Positions 37,195 to 47,776 of a stretch of DNA of 64,000 nucleotides are shown here, piece by piece. The DNA comes from Candidatus Portnoybacteria bacterium. Lineage in GTDB: Bacteria > Patescibacteriota > Minisyncoccia > Portnoybacterales > GWB1-42-6. How positions within the stretch are numbered: position 1 is the stretch's first letter; each line of letters begins with the position of its first letter. Location: NCBI GenBank assembly GCA_016208745.1, contig JACQXN010000022.1:19212-83211 (forward strand). Reading direction: 5' to 3'. The position numbers and the translations under genes were made by a program. Under the pieces are notes generated by a model. It ran no database searches. It was not told the DNA's origin and saw only the letters and a list, made by a program, of their open reading frames with translations.

Positions 37195-37539
37195 ATGTTA
37201 CCCAAAATTCAGAGATTAAGAAAGGCCGGTGATTTCAAAACGGCCCTAAAAAGCGGGCGGTTTGTCAGGGGCGAATTAATGGATATAAGATTTTCTGCGA
37301 ACGATCTTGGTATTTGCCGTTTTGGCTTTATAATAAGCGCCAAGGTTTCCAAAAAGGCTGTTTTGCGCAATCGGGCGCGCCGACAAATATCCCAAGCAGC
37401 TAAGGCGCTTATCGGTTATATCAGGCCCGGTTATGATTTTGTGATTATTGCTAAACCAAAAATCATCGGCAAAGATTCTGGTGAAATTAACCAAAAATTA
37501 AATGACTTTTTTAAGAAAACTAACCTTTTTAGTCAATAA
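37195..37539 (+). CDS. rnpA: Ribonuclease P protein component
   Basis: [20 protein letters not shown]. Confidence 0.95.
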   Translation: MLPKIQRLRKAGDFKTALKSGRFVRGELMDIRFSANDLGICRFGFIISAKVSKKAVLRNRARRQISQAAKALIGYIRPGYDFVIIAKPKIIGKDSGEINQKLNDFFKKTNLFSQ

Positions 37540-37783
37540 AGCCGCCTTAATTTCTATTAGATTTTATCAGGTTGCTTTATCGCCAGATCAGGGAATTTTA
37601 CGAAAACAAAATAATGTCTGCCGATTTTATCCCTCCTGCTCTCATTACAGCTTTGGCGTGATTAAAAGATTCGGTGTTATGAGGGGCGCTTGGTTGTCTT
37701 TTAGAAGAATTTTAAGATGCCACCCGCTAAGTAGCGGGGGTTACGATCCTATCCCCCCAATTAAAAACAATGGACATAATTAG
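37502..37783 (+). CDS. yidD: Membrane protein insertion efficiency factor
   Basis: [15 protein letters not shown]...GG.DP. Confidence 0.92.
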   Translation: MTFLRKLTFLVNKAALISIRFYQVALSPDQGILRKQNNVCRFYPSCSHYSFGVIKRFGVMRGAWLSFRRILRCHPLSSGGYDPIPPIKNNGHN

Positions 37784-38486
37784 TTTATTATTTAACGAAG
37801 TTTTATATAGACCGCTTTTTAACGGCTTGATTTTTTTATACAATACAATTCCCGGCCATGATTTTGGCGTGGCGATTATTGCTTTAACTTTAATTATCAG
37901 GGCGGCTATTTATCCCTTAGCGCAAAAGTCTCTCAAATCTCAAAGAGCATTGACTGAGCTGCAGCCCAAGGTTAAAGAGATTCAGCAGAAGTATAAAGAC
38001 GATAAAGAAAAACAAGGCCGGGCCCTAATGGAGCTTTACAAGGCCAATAAAGTTAATCCGGCTTCAGGCTGTTTGCCGCTTCTTATTCAATTGCCAATTC
38101 TTTTGGCTTTGTTTAGCGTTTTCAGAACCGGCCTGGATCCCGAAAGGTTAAATGGACTTTATAGTTTTATTTCAAATCCGGGCGTTATTAACCATATGTT
38201 CCTTGGTTTTCTGGATTTATCGCAAAAGAATCTATATTTAGCCCTTTTGGCTGGCGCAGCGCAGTTTATCCAGTCTAAGATGATGATGCCAAAATCAAAC
38301 AAATCCAGCGCTACTGATTTTTCAGGCGCCATGCAAAAACAAATGCTTTATATTTTCCCGATTATAACAGTCTGGATTGCAGCGAGTTTGCCAGCGGGGC
38401 TCGGGCTTTATTGGTTGGCAATGACTTTATTTGGAGTGGCTCAACAATATTTTCTTTTAAGGAAAAAAAATGAACAACGAATTTAA
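37770..38486 (+). CDS. yidC: Membrane protein insertase YidC
   Basis: LQP...EIQ.KY, NP.SGCLP.LIQLP, GLGLYW. Confidence 0.95.
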   Translation: MDIISLLFNEVLYRPLFNGLIFLYNTIPGHDFGVAIIALTLIIRAAIYPLAQKSLKSQRALTELQPKVKEIQQKYKDDKEKQGRALMELYKANKVNPASGCLPLLIQLPILLALFSVFRTGLDPERLNGLYSFISNPGVINHMFLGFLDLSQKNLYLALLAGAAQFIQSKMMMPKSNKSSATDFSGAMQKQMLYIFPIITVWIAASLPAGLGLYWLAMTLFGVAQQYFLLRKKNEQRI

Positions 38487-38934
38487 AGAAACATTAGAGG
38501 TAATAGTTAAAGAAACGCTTTTAAAAATGGATTTTGAGGGCGAAATTTCATTTGACTCAGACCAGCAAGACTTGTTGATATTAAAAATAAAAAGCGAAGA
38601 AGCCGGTCTTTTAATCGGTAAAGGCGGCGAGACAATGGCGGCGCTACAGCATCTAATCAGGGCAATTGTTAGTAAAAAAATAGGAGCCTCGGCGCCAAAT
38701 TTCATTATTGATGTTAATGATTACCGGTATAATCAGATAGAGTCATTAAGGGAACGAGCCCAGGCTTTGGCAAAAGAAGCAATACTGGAAGGCCGATCAA
38801 AGATTTTGGAACCGATGTCTTCTTATGAGCGAAGAATAGTCCATTTAGCTTTGCGTGATGTTCGGGGTATAAAAACTGAAAGCGAGGGAGAGGGCTTATT
38901 AAGAAGAGTAGTGATCAAGCCAGATGCTAGTTAG
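38470..38934 (+). CDS. Jag/EloR-like KH-R3H RNA-binding protein
   Basis: LIGKGGE...ALQ, PMSSYERR.VH, SEGEG..RRVVI. Confidence 0.9.
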   Translation: MNNEFKETLEVIVKETLLKMDFEGEISFDSDQQDLLILKIKSEEAGLLIGKGGETMAALQHLIRAIVSKKIGASAPNFIIDVNDYRYNQIESLRERAQALAKEAILEGRSKILEPMSSYERRIVHLALRDVRGIKTESEGEGLLRRVVIKPDAS

Positions 38935-40345
38935 AAAAATCGCCTACAATACAATTATTTCCCTTGCCTCAAGGATTTTAGCCACTCTTATCGCTTTGAT
39001 AATAGTGGGTCTGACAACGAGGTATCTGGGCCAAAATGGTTTTGGTTTATATAGCACCATTTTGGCTTTTTTATATATTTTTTCGGTTCTAGCTGATTTG
39101 GGCCTCTATTCTATTTTAGTGCGGGATATTTCAAAAGACGGAGCCCCAGAATCTGAAATTGCAAGCCACGCGCTCTCTTTGCGATTTTGGGCGGGGCTTT
39201 TTATTTTTAGCGTGGCGCCGATTGTCGCTTGGTTTTTTCCTTATTCTTTTGAAGTTAAGGCGGGAATTTTAATTGCTTCTTTTGGCTCTTGGTCTTTATC
39301 TAACGCCCAAGTTTTAATGGGCGTTTTCCAAAAATATTTAAAAATGGACAAGGTGGCGTTTGCAGAATTTATTTGTCGCCTTTTTCAGCTTGCTTTAGTT
39401 GGCTTTTTTATCTGGAAAGACTTTGGGTTTTTAAGCCTTGTTATTGCTTATAGCGCAAGCGCTTTTGTTAATTTTTTGTTAGTTTGGTTTTTTGCCAGAA
39501 AATATGTTTTAATAAAAATCGGCTGGGATTTGCCTTATTGGAAAAAGATGTTGAGAAAAAGTTTTCCCTTGGCAATCTCAGCTATTTTTGTAATGATTTA
39601 TTTTAAACTAGACACAGTTATGCTTTCTTTAATGAAATCGCCTTCGGACGTAGGCATTTATAGCGCGGCTTATAAGATCTTGGAAAGCTTGATTTTTCTG
39701 CCGGCGATGTTTACCGGATTGATTATGCCTCTTTTATCGCGATATGCTTTTGGGAATCCGTTAGAATTTCAAAAGGTCAGCCAAAAAACCCTAAATATTT
39801 TTTTAATTTTTTCTATTCCCTTGGCAGTCGGTGGAATTTTTCTGGCTGGTCCGATAATCAATTTGGTTGCAGGGCAGGGATTTTCAGCTGCTGCCGGAAT
39901 TTTAAAGATTCTTATTTTTGCCACATCAATTATCTTTTTTGGCGCCTTGTTTTCTAATATGATTGTGGCGCTGGATAAACAAAAATCATTGGCCAAAATT
40001 TATGCCTTGGGCGCAGCGGTTAATTTTTCAGTTAATTTGGTTTTAATTCCGAAATTTTCTTATTGGGGCGCCGCCAGCTCAACTCTTTTGACAGAGCTTT
40101 TGGTTACTGCTTTAATGGCAGTAGTGATTTTTAAAGCAACTAAAAAGTTCCTCAATTTTAGGTCTTCTCTTAAGATTTTACTGGCTTGCGCGCCAATGGC
40201 CGCGATTCTTTATTTTCTCACCCCGTTTAATATTTTATTGCTTTTGCCAATTGCTCTTTTGGTGTATTTTTTCAGCCTTTTTGCATTAAAAGGATTTTCT
40301 ATTGACGACATTGCTTCTTTAATCAGGCGCCCCACCCAACCATGA
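38924..40345 (+). CDS. Wzx-type polysaccharide flippase
   Basis: ~14 TM, RYLG..GFG.Y, D.VML, VGIYSAAY, N..LIP.F...GAA. Confidence 0.88.
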   Translation: MLVRKIAYNTIISLASRILATLIALIIVGLTTRYLGQNGFGLYSTILAFLYIFSVLADLGLYSILVRDISKDGAPESEIASHALSLRFWAGLFIFSVAPIVAWFFPYSFEVKAGILIASFGSWSLSNAQVLMGVFQKYLKMDKVAFAEFICRLFQLALVGFFIWKDFGFLSLVIAYSASAFVNFLLVWFFARKYVLIKIGWDLPYWKKMLRKSFPLAISAIFVMIYFKLDTVMLSLMKSPSDVGIYSAAYKILESLIFLPAMFTGLIMPLLSRYAFGNPLEFQKVSQKTLNIFLIFSIPLAVGGIFLAGPIINLVAGQGFSAAAGILKILIFATSIIFFGALFSNMIVALDKQKSLAKIYALGAAVNFSVNLVLIPKFSYWGAASSTLLTELLVTALMAVVIFKATKKFLNFRSSLKILLACAPMAAILYFLTPFNILLLLPIALLVYFFSLFALKGFSIDDIASLIRRPTQP

Positions 40346-41706
40346 ATAGCCTAGCGCAAATTTCCAGTTCATCCAAAGAAAAAATAACGCCTTTTTGGCG
40401 TTATTTTGAGATTGCCTTTTTACTGCTTATCCTTTATCTTCCGTTTCAGATTGCTTTAAATCCGGCTGGAAACATTGATTTGGCCTCAATCAGGGTTTTT
40501 GTCCTGTTGTTTTTCCTGGTCTGGTTTTTTTACACCGCATTTTTTAAAAAGGAAAATTTTTCTTTAACTTTCCAAGGCTTTGGCCTAGTCGCCTTTTTAA
40601 TAATTGGCGGCCTTTCTTTGCTTTTGGCTCAAGAATTTGAATGGGGCTGGCGCAAATTTTTATTTCTTTTGTCCATATTCCCGCTTTATTTTTTAGCTGT
40701 TGGTTTGGCCAACAAGCCAGATTATTTAAAGAAAGTGGTCGGCATTTTTATTTGGTCTGCGGCACTGGCGGCTTTGGCGGGTCTAATCCAATTTATAATT
40801 CAGTCGGTCTTCGGTCCGGAATTTTTGGCTAATATTTATTCACAAAGACTAGGTCCGTTATTTTGGGGCAAAAACTTTTCCTCGCTGGTCATAAGCGATC
40901 CAAGCTGGCTGGTTAATGTGGCTGGCCAAACTCATATTAGAGCCTTTGGCCTATTTCCAGATCCGCATATGATGGCCTTTTTTATGGGCTTATCATTCCC
41001 CATTGTCTTTGCCCAGCTTCTTTTTAGGAGAAGCAATAATCTTAAACTACTTGCTATTTTTTGTTTATTATTCGTTGTCCTTTTGCTGACTTTTTCTCGC
41101 GGTGGATATCTGGGATTCTTGGCAGCAGCCGCGATAATAATTTTGGTTTCTTGGCGGCTACTGGAGAGGAGTAAAAAAAAGGCAGTCTTAGTAAGCGTTA
41201 TTTTTTTTGCTATTGTTATATCTATATTTGCTCAACCGGTTACAGCGCGTTTTTTAGCCAGTTTCTCTCCAGACGAGGGCTCCTCTTCCGGCCGCTTGGC
41301 AATCTGGCAAGATTCTTGGAAGGTATTTTTAGGCCACCCGATTCTTGGTGTGGGTCTTGGAAATTATCCAAGGGAGGCCGACTCCTTAATTGGTTATCGC
41401 AGCTCTATTACCAGCCACAATCTTTATCTGGATATTGCTTCAGAAATTGGATTTTTTGGTTTAGCTATTTGGCTGATTTTAGTTTTTGGCAGTATCTTTC
41501 AATTGTATAAATCTATTAAGAGGCATAAAAATCAAGAATCAAATAATTTTTTATTGGCAGTTAAAATTGGGCTTTTAGGGTCACTCGTCTATTTTTCCGT
41601 GCATTCTTTTTTTGAAACACCAATATTTAATCCAGTTATCCTGGCGGCTTTTATGATAATTCTGGCTCTGGCCAGCTTAGTTGCTAAATATGGCTATCAG
41701 CATTAA
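40342..41706 (+). CDS. O-antigen ligase family protein
   Basis: R..G.F.DP, TFSRGG, R..IW, P.LGVG.GN, HNLYL. Confidence 0.85.
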   Translation: MNSLAQISSSSKEKITPFWRYFEIAFLLLILYLPFQIALNPAGNIDLASIRVFVLLFFLVWFFYTAFFKKENFSLTFQGFGLVAFLIIGGLSLLLAQEFEWGWRKFLFLLSIFPLYFLAVGLANKPDYLKKVVGIFIWSAALAALAGLIQFIIQSVFGPEFLANIYSQRLGPLFWGKNFSSLVISDPSWLVNVAGQTHIRAFGLFPDPHMMAFFMGLSFPIVFAQLLFRRSNNLKLLAIFCLLFVVLLLTFSRGGYLGFLAAAAIIILVSWRLLERSKKKAVLVSVIFFAIVISIFAQPVTARFLASFSPDEGSSSGRLAIWQDSWKVFLGHPILGVGLGNYPREADSLIGYRSSITSHNLYLDIASEIGFFGLAIWLILVFGSIFQLYKSIKRHKNQESNNFLLAVKIGLLGSLVYFSVHSFFETPIFNPVILAAFMIILALASLVAKYGYQH

Positions 41707-42940
41707 TTCAATTTATGAAATAGCTATTCTGGTAATCGGTTTTATTGCATTCGCCTTTTTGGCATGGCGGAATTTTGAGCGGGCTTTATATCTTGTAATA
41801 ATTTTTCTACCCCTATATATTTTAAAGGTTAAATTATTTATCATTCCCTTTAATGTTTTAGAGATTTTAATTTGGTTTCTTTTTGCGGTTTGGATTTTAA
41901 GGGGGGCTTACAGAAATATTGATTTGTCTAAGTTTAAAGATTTTTTATGGCCAGTCGTTTTAATTTTAGGCGGCGTGATTTTAGGGCTTTTTATCTCGGA
42001 TAATTTTAAAATAAGCGCGGGAATTTTTAAGGGCTGGTTTTTAACGCCTTTAATTTTTGCCTTAATATTGGTTGGCGAGCTTAAGGGAGACGAGAAAAAG
42101 AAAAATATTTTTTGGTCTTTTTATATTTCGGCTGTTTTAGTAGCAATTATTGCGCTTAGCTATTATATCGGAGGCAAGGTTACTTTTGATGGCCGCTTAA
42201 GCGCCTTTTTCCTTTCGCCAAATCATTTAGCCATGTATTTGGCGCCCGGATTTTTAGCTGGCTTAGGGCTTTTTGGGCTGACTGATTCAAGGAAACAACG
42301 CATATTGCTTGCAGCCGGCTTATTTATTTGCGGATTGAGCATTTATTTCACATTCTCATATCTTGCATGGATAAGCGTTCTGGCAGCAGCTGCTTTTTGG
42401 CCGATAATAAAGTTTAAGTGGTTGGATAAAAACGATAAAAAGTTATTGCTTATTGGCTGCTTGTTATTTGTCATATTGCTGGCCGGCTTGTTTTTTTCCC
42501 AATTTGGCAGCGAGAAACTTGATAATTTATTGCACTCTGACCGCTCTTCATGGCAGTCGCGCTTAATGATCTGGCGGGCAGCAGGCGAAATAATAAAGGA
42601 CCACCCGATTTTAGGTATAGGAGCAGGTATGTTTCAGGGGTATTATTTAAAATATCAAAGTCGATTTTCTGTTCCTTATCTTGAATGGGCGGTGCCGCAG
42701 CCGCATAATTTGTTTTTAGCTTTCTGGCTGCAGGCGGGCCTTGCCGGTTTAGTCGGTTTAATTTGGCTGCTGGCTGTGTTTTTTAAAAAAACATTTAGCC
42801 TGCTAAAAAACAAAAATCAGCTGGCGCTGATTTTAATAATACTTATGGGTTATATAATTTTACACGGCTTGCTAGACACAACCTATTTTAAAAATGATTC
42901 GGCAGTTATTTTTTGGATAATAATAGCTCTAGCTATTTGA
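41690..42940 (+). CDS. O-antigen ligase family protein
   Basis: GRL..FF.SPN, R..IW, P.LG.G.G.F, PHNLFL, HGL.D. Confidence 0.85.
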   Translation: MAISINSIYEIAILVIGFIAFAFLAWRNFERALYLVIIFLPLYILKVKLFIIPFNVLEILIWFLFAVWILRGAYRNIDLSKFKDFLWPVVLILGGVILGLFISDNFKISAGIFKGWFLTPLIFALILVGELKGDEKKKNIFWSFYISAVLVAIIALSYYIGGKVTFDGRLSAFFLSPNHLAMYLAPGFLAGLGLFGLTDSRKQRILLAAGLFICGLSIYFTFSYLAWISVLAAAAFWPIIKFKWLDKNDKKLLLIGCLLFVILLAGLFFSQFGSEKLDNLLHSDRSSWQSRLMIWRAAGEIIKDHPILGIGAGMFQGYYLKYQSRFSVPYLEWAVPQPHNLFLAFWLQAGLAGLVGLIWLLAVFFKKTFSLLKNKNQLALILIILMGYIILHGLLDTTYFKNDSAVIFWIIIALAI

Positions 42941-42960
42941 GATTAACTTGGCTACTCGTT

Positions 42961-43055
42961 AAATCCTCCCCAACCCTCTCCCCGTATCAAGTCCGGGGCA
43001 AGCTCTAAAAGGAGAGAGCGATCCCCCTCCTTTAGGAGGGGTTAGGGGAGATTTT
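42961..43055. repeat. Double-hairpin repeat with nested CCGTATCAAGTCCGGGGCAAGCT insert
   Basis: Near-identical to uvrB insert 10081-10174. Confidence 0.9.
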
Positions 43056-43065
43056 AGCTAGTCTC

Positions 43066-44169
43066 CTATTTTAATTTTATATTACAAAGCAATCCGTTTT
43101 TCCCATTTATAAAAAACAAATAATCTTCCTCTGGAGAAAGGATCAGCTCTTTGGCGTCAAAGGATTGCTCTTCGTTTGATTGGGCGATTTTTGTTGTTTT
43201 TTGGCTGGCAACATCAATCATATAAATATCATCTCGGATAATTATTTTTCCGTTTAAATAATCGTCAGGCATAGCTACGCCTTCGGAAAGCCCTTGGGGC
43301 ACAGCGCAAAAAATCTTTTGGCTGTCTGCTCCCCAGACGCATTTTTCAGCGATTGTTTTAAGCGGCAATAGCGTGGCTTGACCAGATCCGATTTGCGTGA
43401 CAAATAATTTTAAGTCTTTCCCCTTTTCATTGGTTGTCTGATAAATAATTTTTTTTTTTTTTTTCGACCACTTAACAGATAAGCCATAAATATCGCTTAA
43501 AATTTTCGTTAAGTTGCCAGATTCCGGGTCAATGGTAAAAAGAGAACCCGGAACTAGGCCGCTGGGAGAATTTCCAATAGAAATTTTATCTGGGCCGGGC
43601 CATTCAACAATTAGATTGGTTAGGCGGGTAGTAAAAATATTTTTCCAATTTTGACCATTGGCATCGGCAACGCTGATATTATTTTGATCGTTGGAAGCAT
43701 TTTGATATTGATAGACAATTTTTTGGCTGTCTGGCGAAAAATTGATTGAGCGAACATTTTCATTTAAGGCGTTATTGGCTCTGGCCTGATAATTAAAAAC
43801 GCTTTTTGTTGTTTGGCCGTTTTTCTCAAAAATACTGATAACTTTCTTTTTGTCTGGCGACCAAACAACCCCTTCTAAATCCGGCAGGTTAGCGCTTGAG
43901 ATGACCTCTTCTCCTGACCCATCAAAGTTAGATTTTAAAACATGGCCATCGGCTTTTGAATAATATTTTATGGTTTGGCCGTCTTCGGAAATTGTTGGCG
44001 CCAAAACCGCGGCCTTGCTGATAATATTTATTTTAAGGTCGGTTTTTATCCCTTCGTTTTCTGTTTCGCTGGTTGGCTCCTTTTTAATGTAGAAATTATA
44101 AACCACTAGCGCGCCAGCGGCAAAAAGAAGAAGAACAAGAGAGGTGATAAAAAGTTTTTTGGTGTTCAT
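43066..44169 (-). CDS. Membrane-anchored beta-propeller (TolB-like) protein
   Basis: N-terminal TM, repeated WSPD/FSPD/LSPE blades. Confidence 0.7.
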   Translation of the reverse strand: MNTKKLFITSLVLLLFAAGALVVYNFYIKKEPTSETENEGIKTDLKINIISKAAVLAPTISEDGQTIKYYSKADGHVLKSNFDGSGEEVISSANLPDLEGVVWSPDKKKVISIFEKNGQTTKSVFNYQARANNALNENVRSINFSPDSQKIVYQYQNASNDQNNISVADANGQNWKNIFTTRLTNLIVEWPGPDKISIGNSPSGLVPGSLFTIDPESGNLTKILSDIYGLSVKWSKKKKKIIYQTTNEKGKDLKLFVTQIGSGQATLLPLKTIAEKCVWGADSQKIFCAVPQGLSEGVAMPDDYLNGKIIIRDDIYMIDVASQKTTKIAQSNEEQSFDAKELILSPEEDYLFFINGKNGLLCNIKLK

Positions 44170-44213
44170 AGATATTTAATCGAGATTAGATCCGTTATTG
44201 AGCAGTAAAGTAA

Positions 44214-45026
44214 TTATGCGGACATGACGACTGAAACGTCCCAATGATTGCTTTCGTTAGTATATATGGCCCCACTTGGAGAGCGATACTGTTCTGAGCC
44301 AAAAGTGGGAGGTTCTATTTTGGTGAAATTATCTTCTATGTAAGATGTTAATATATCGCTCATCATCAAATCAACTTTATAGCCATTTTCATGGCTGTAT
44401 TGTCCTTCTGAGTGACCAGCCTCTGTGCCGCCAGTAATGTATACGCTGTTAGGGCTAATATTATGATCTTCTACAAGACTAATGACTTCATTAAGAGTTG
44501 TTTGCTTTATGCCTTCTAGTTTGACACATCCTACAGATTGGCCTTGTGCACACGCTGGTTTTACTCCGATGCCATGTGCCGTAAGCAAATCTCTTGCAGC
44601 TTGCTCTGTCATTCCGCCGCTTGGCGGAGGGGGTGGGGGAGGAGGGGTTGGTGTTGGGGCCGGCACATATTTTTCTATTGGTGCAAGATCCGGCCCGCTC
44701 AAATCAATCAGTTGATGGTTAATCGTCCACAAAATTATGTAGGCGCCAAAAAGAAGCAAAAGACCAAGCAGAGCAGATAAGATATAGTCTTTAGCTTGGG
44801 CAGTTTTGCCAACCATATATAAAAATCCGCCAAAAGCAATGGCAGCTACTGCTAGCGCGCCGGCAATGCCAAGCCCCCAGATATAAAGCGCTTTAATATA
44901 TACTCCGGGTTCGGGGTTATCGCCTTCTTTCATTCCGCCAAAGGGAAATTCAATGGCTGAAGCAACTAAGGGCACAACAAAAACAATTATTATTAAAATT
45001 AAGAAAAGCATCGCCTTTTTTTTCAT
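44214..45026 (-). CDS. Pilin-like (TrbC/VirB2-like) N-terminus fused to putative Zn peptidase (Hedgehog/DD-peptidase-like) domain
   Basis: Two-TM hairpin ending ILWTIN.QL; Pro linker; ITGGTE.GH...SH..GYKVD...HWDV. Confidence 0.6.
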   Translation of the reverse strand: MKKKAMLFLILIIIVFVVPLVASAIEFPFGGMKEGDNPEPGVYIKALYIWGLGIAGALAVAAIAFGGFLYMVGKTAQAKDYILSALLGLLLLFGAYIILWTINHQLIDLSGPDLAPIEKYVPAPTPTPPPPPPPPSGGMTEQAARDLLTAHGIGVKPACAQGQSVGCVKLEGIKQTTLNEVISLVEDHNISPNSVYITGGTEAGHSEGQYSHENGYKVDLMMSDILTSYIEDNFTKIEPPTFGSEQYRSPSGAIYTNESNHWDVSVVMSA

Positions 45027-45186
45027 AGAGAAATTTTAAAAATTAAAAGTATGCGTTAGCGTGTGAAAAAATAAATTAATGTTATGACGTCCGACATCGA
45101 TAGAATTCTGGTTTTTAAAATTATGTATAAAATCCCCCTTAATCCCCCTTTAAAAAGGGGGAGATAGTTGTCTTATGATTTGAAAG

Positions 45187-45624
45187 CTATGCTTTAACAG
45201 AAACCGGCTTAATTTTCCTTTTTAGAAATCCCGGCAGATACCCGCCCTCTTCCAAATATAGCGTGATTATAAAAAAAGTCCAAGTTGGCAGAGCGCCCAA
45301 CACCGGCACAAATTCAACAAGACTGGCGCCAATAAATCTTTTGCTCGGGAATTTATGAAGCTTCCAAAAGCACCAGAACCACAAAATTGCAGTGATTGGC
45401 AGATTGATTATTGTTACTAAAACCGCTAAAAAGACTGAAAGCGTGCAAACTACATCAAGGCTGTCTTTAACAACGCACAGCATGCCAACAAGCGCAAATT
45501 CAACGCCGGTAATCTTTTTGCTTGAGCTGGGTTGTTTTGTCTGCGTTGATTCTTCGTCTGGCTCTTGGCTTGTTTGCGCCCGATTTTGATTTAATTTTTG
45601 CTGATTTAGCTGTTCTTGGGGCAT
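45187..45624 (-). CDS. Hypothetical membrane protein
   Basis: Gln-rich N-terminus, TM segments, EFVP.LG.LP.WT motif. Confidence 0.65.
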   Translation of the reverse strand: MPQEQLNQQKLNQNRAQTSQEPDEESTQTKQPSSSKKITGVEFALVGMLCVVKDSLDVVCTLSVFLAVLVTIINLPITAILWFWCFWKLHKFPSKRFIGASLVEFVPVLGALPTWTFFIITLYLEEGGYLPGFLKRKIKPVSVKA

Positions 45625-45664
45625 TTGGTTAAGAGGCAATTATTGTGGGCTACGAAACACTCTT

Positions 45665-45797
45665 TTCCTCCTCCCCTCAGATGAGGGGAGGATTGAGGTG
45701 GGGTGATGATTATTCGCGTGGACGCATTTGCATGAATTCGCGCCATTTAAATGCAATCAACACCACCCCCTACCCCTCCTCATCTGAGGAGGGGAGG
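45665..45797. repeat. Double-hairpin CCCCTC/GAGGGG repeat with longer spacer
   Basis: Homolog of 8289-8376. Confidence 0.85.
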
Positions 45798-45811
45798 AGT
45801 TAGAAAATACT

Positions 45812-47638
45812 TTACATCAGCGGGTTTTTTTGTTGAATAGTCTCTTGCTCGGCAAATTCCTGTTTGGCTTTTTCAATTTCTAAAAGTTGCGAAGGGTCAG
45901 AGGTAATAATCTGGTCTTCGGTGTAGGAGGCGACAACTTTTATCGCCACATGCTTTAGCCCGGCAAAAAATATTCCTTCGCCAACATTGCATTCCAAAAG
46001 CAGGTATTTTTCTTGCTCGGTTAAACTAAAGGTCTGTTTGATTATATCAATGGTGGTCGGCGACTGCTTCATTAAAAGCTGTATAGAGGAATTACTGACG
46101 ATTGGTTTGCCGTATTCGGAGCTCATAAAATCAGCAATATCTTGTGTAATAGTTGTTAGGGCGGTGAAATATTTGCGGCAACGCTTGGCAATATGCGTCA
46201 TAAACGAAGCCGCATCTACGTATTTCATCATTACCCAAGCCTCGTCAACCACTAAAAGTCTTTTTTTAAGCCTTTCTGTTCGCATTAGATTCCAAATGTA
46301 GTGTAGGACAATATACATTGCCATTGGCCGCAATTCCTCTTCCATATCGCGAATGCTAAAAGTTACCAATTTATTTTTGGCTGTAATATTGGTTGGCTGG
46401 TTAAAAAAGCCAGTATAAGAGCCAGTAACGTATTTTTCCAAACGCAGGGCAATGGGTTTGCCGCCCTCCATATTCTCTAAAACGGTTTTTAAATCGCCCA
46501 AAAGCGGCGGCGTCATTTTGGAAAAATCAACATTAGGTGTGATATCGCGGGAAGCATAAGTTTCATTAAGCGCTTTATCCAAAATCGCGTCTTCTTGCGG
46601 AGTTAGGCCTCCAAGCATTATTCGAAGCAAACCAACAAGATGTATAATATTGCTTCGTAAAATATCAGCTGGCTGGTCGTCTTTTTGTAAAACAGGTAAA
46701 TCAAACGGGTTAATGTTGTTGGCGGAATTAAGCGAGATTTTAATATATGAGCCGCCGACAGTCTCGGTTAAATATTGGTATTCGTTTTCCGGGTCAATAA
46801 CGATAACATCTGTGCCAAGCATCAGCGATCTTAGAATTTCCAGTTTAACAGCATAGCTTTTGCCAGCGCCAGATTTAGCAAAAATCACGGAGTTATAATT
46901 TTCCATGCTAAATCTGTCAAAGAGCACGAGGCTGTTATTGTGCCGGTTAATGCCATAAAGAATGCCTTTGTTATCCGACAAATCAGAAGAAACAAAAGGA
47001 AAGGTGCTTGATATTGGCGAGGTATTCATTGGAACGTTAATAAAAAGCTCGTCTTTGGCCAGAGGCAGAATAGCGTTAAAACCTGCTTCTTGTTGAAATG
47101 AGGCGGGTTTGGCATAGACCAGTTTTGCCTCCAGCAGTCCCCTTATTTCATTCTCTGTTTCATCAAGCTCCTTGGCTGAGTCGCCAAAAATAGCCAGATA
47201 AAGCCCAAAGCGGAAAAATCTTTCTGTCCCCTGTTGAAGGACGTCTCTTAAGCCCTCCATATCCTGCAAAGAGGTTTCCAAGATTGGGTCTCTGGCTTTG
47301 CCTTTCTCCTGCTCTATGGAAATTTGCGATTGAACATGCCCCACTCTTTTTCTTAATTGTTTTAAGATTAAACCGGTGTCAGCCGGGTGAATAAACATCG
47401 TAATATTTTTTTCTTTATCAAGCGAAAGAATAGGCGAGAGCCAATTGGTTAAAAGATGCCTTGGGTAGGTAAAAACAAAAAGAACGCGGCAAAATTTATT
47501 GCCAATTTCAAGATGGTTGACGCTAAGCTTAATAGCGGGCGGCGCGATTAATTCAGCCAAGCCAAGCGAGGTTTGGTTTGGTTGGTTTGCGGCCGAAGGT
47601 TCGGGGGATTTTTTTCTTGAGAATAAAGAGAAGGCCAT
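45812..47638 (-). CDS. VirB4/TraC-like secretion ATPase
   Basis: YGINRHN, FAKSGAGKS, VIDPENEY, VVDEAW, TITQD. Confidence 0.9.
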   Translation of the reverse strand: MAFSLFSRKKSPEPSAANQPNQTSLGLAELIAPPAIKLSVNHLEIGNKFCRVLFVFTYPRHLLTNWLSPILSLDKEKNITMFIHPADTGLILKQLRKRVGHVQSQISIEQEKGKARDPILETSLQDMEGLRDVLQQGTERFFRFGLYLAIFGDSAKELDETENEIRGLLEAKLVYAKPASFQQEAGFNAILPLAKDELFINVPMNTSPISSTFPFVSSDLSDNKGILYGINRHNNSLVLFDRFSMENYNSVIFAKSGAGKSYAVKLEILRSLMLGTDVIVIDPENEYQYLTETVGGSYIKISLNSANNINPFDLPVLQKDDQPADILRSNIIHLVGLLRIMLGGLTPQEDAILDKALNETYASRDITPNVDFSKMTPPLLGDLKTVLENMEGGKPIALRLEKYVTGSYTGFFNQPTNITAKNKLVTFSIRDMEEELRPMAMYIVLHYIWNLMRTERLKKRLLVVDEAWVMMKYVDAASFMTHIAKRCRKYFTALTTITQDIADFMSSEYGKPIVSNSSIQLLMKQSPTTIDIIKQTFSLTEQEKYLLLECNVGEGIFFAGLKHVAIKVVASYTEDQIITSDPSQLLEIEKAKQEFAEQETIQQKNPLM

Positions 47639-47679
47639 TAGAATAAATTAAAAAGTAAAAAAAGAATTATAAGCGTTAT

Positions 47680-47769
47680 CCCCCTCTTTATAAAAGAGGG
47701 ACTAAGGGGGATTTATATTGAAGACTATTTTTAAAATCCACCCCAGCCCTCCTTTTTTAAAGGAGAGAG
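47680..47769. repeat. Double-hairpin repeat
   Basis: Reverse-complement homolog of rsmA insert 56005-56089. Confidence 0.8.
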
Positions 47770-47776
47770 CAGGCCA

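Noticed and set aside
45083-45098. TGACGTCCGACATC motif, mirrored by GATGTCAGACGTCA at ~48522
   Set aside because: Only two short imperfect copies; it could be an operator or repeat remnant but is too weak to call.
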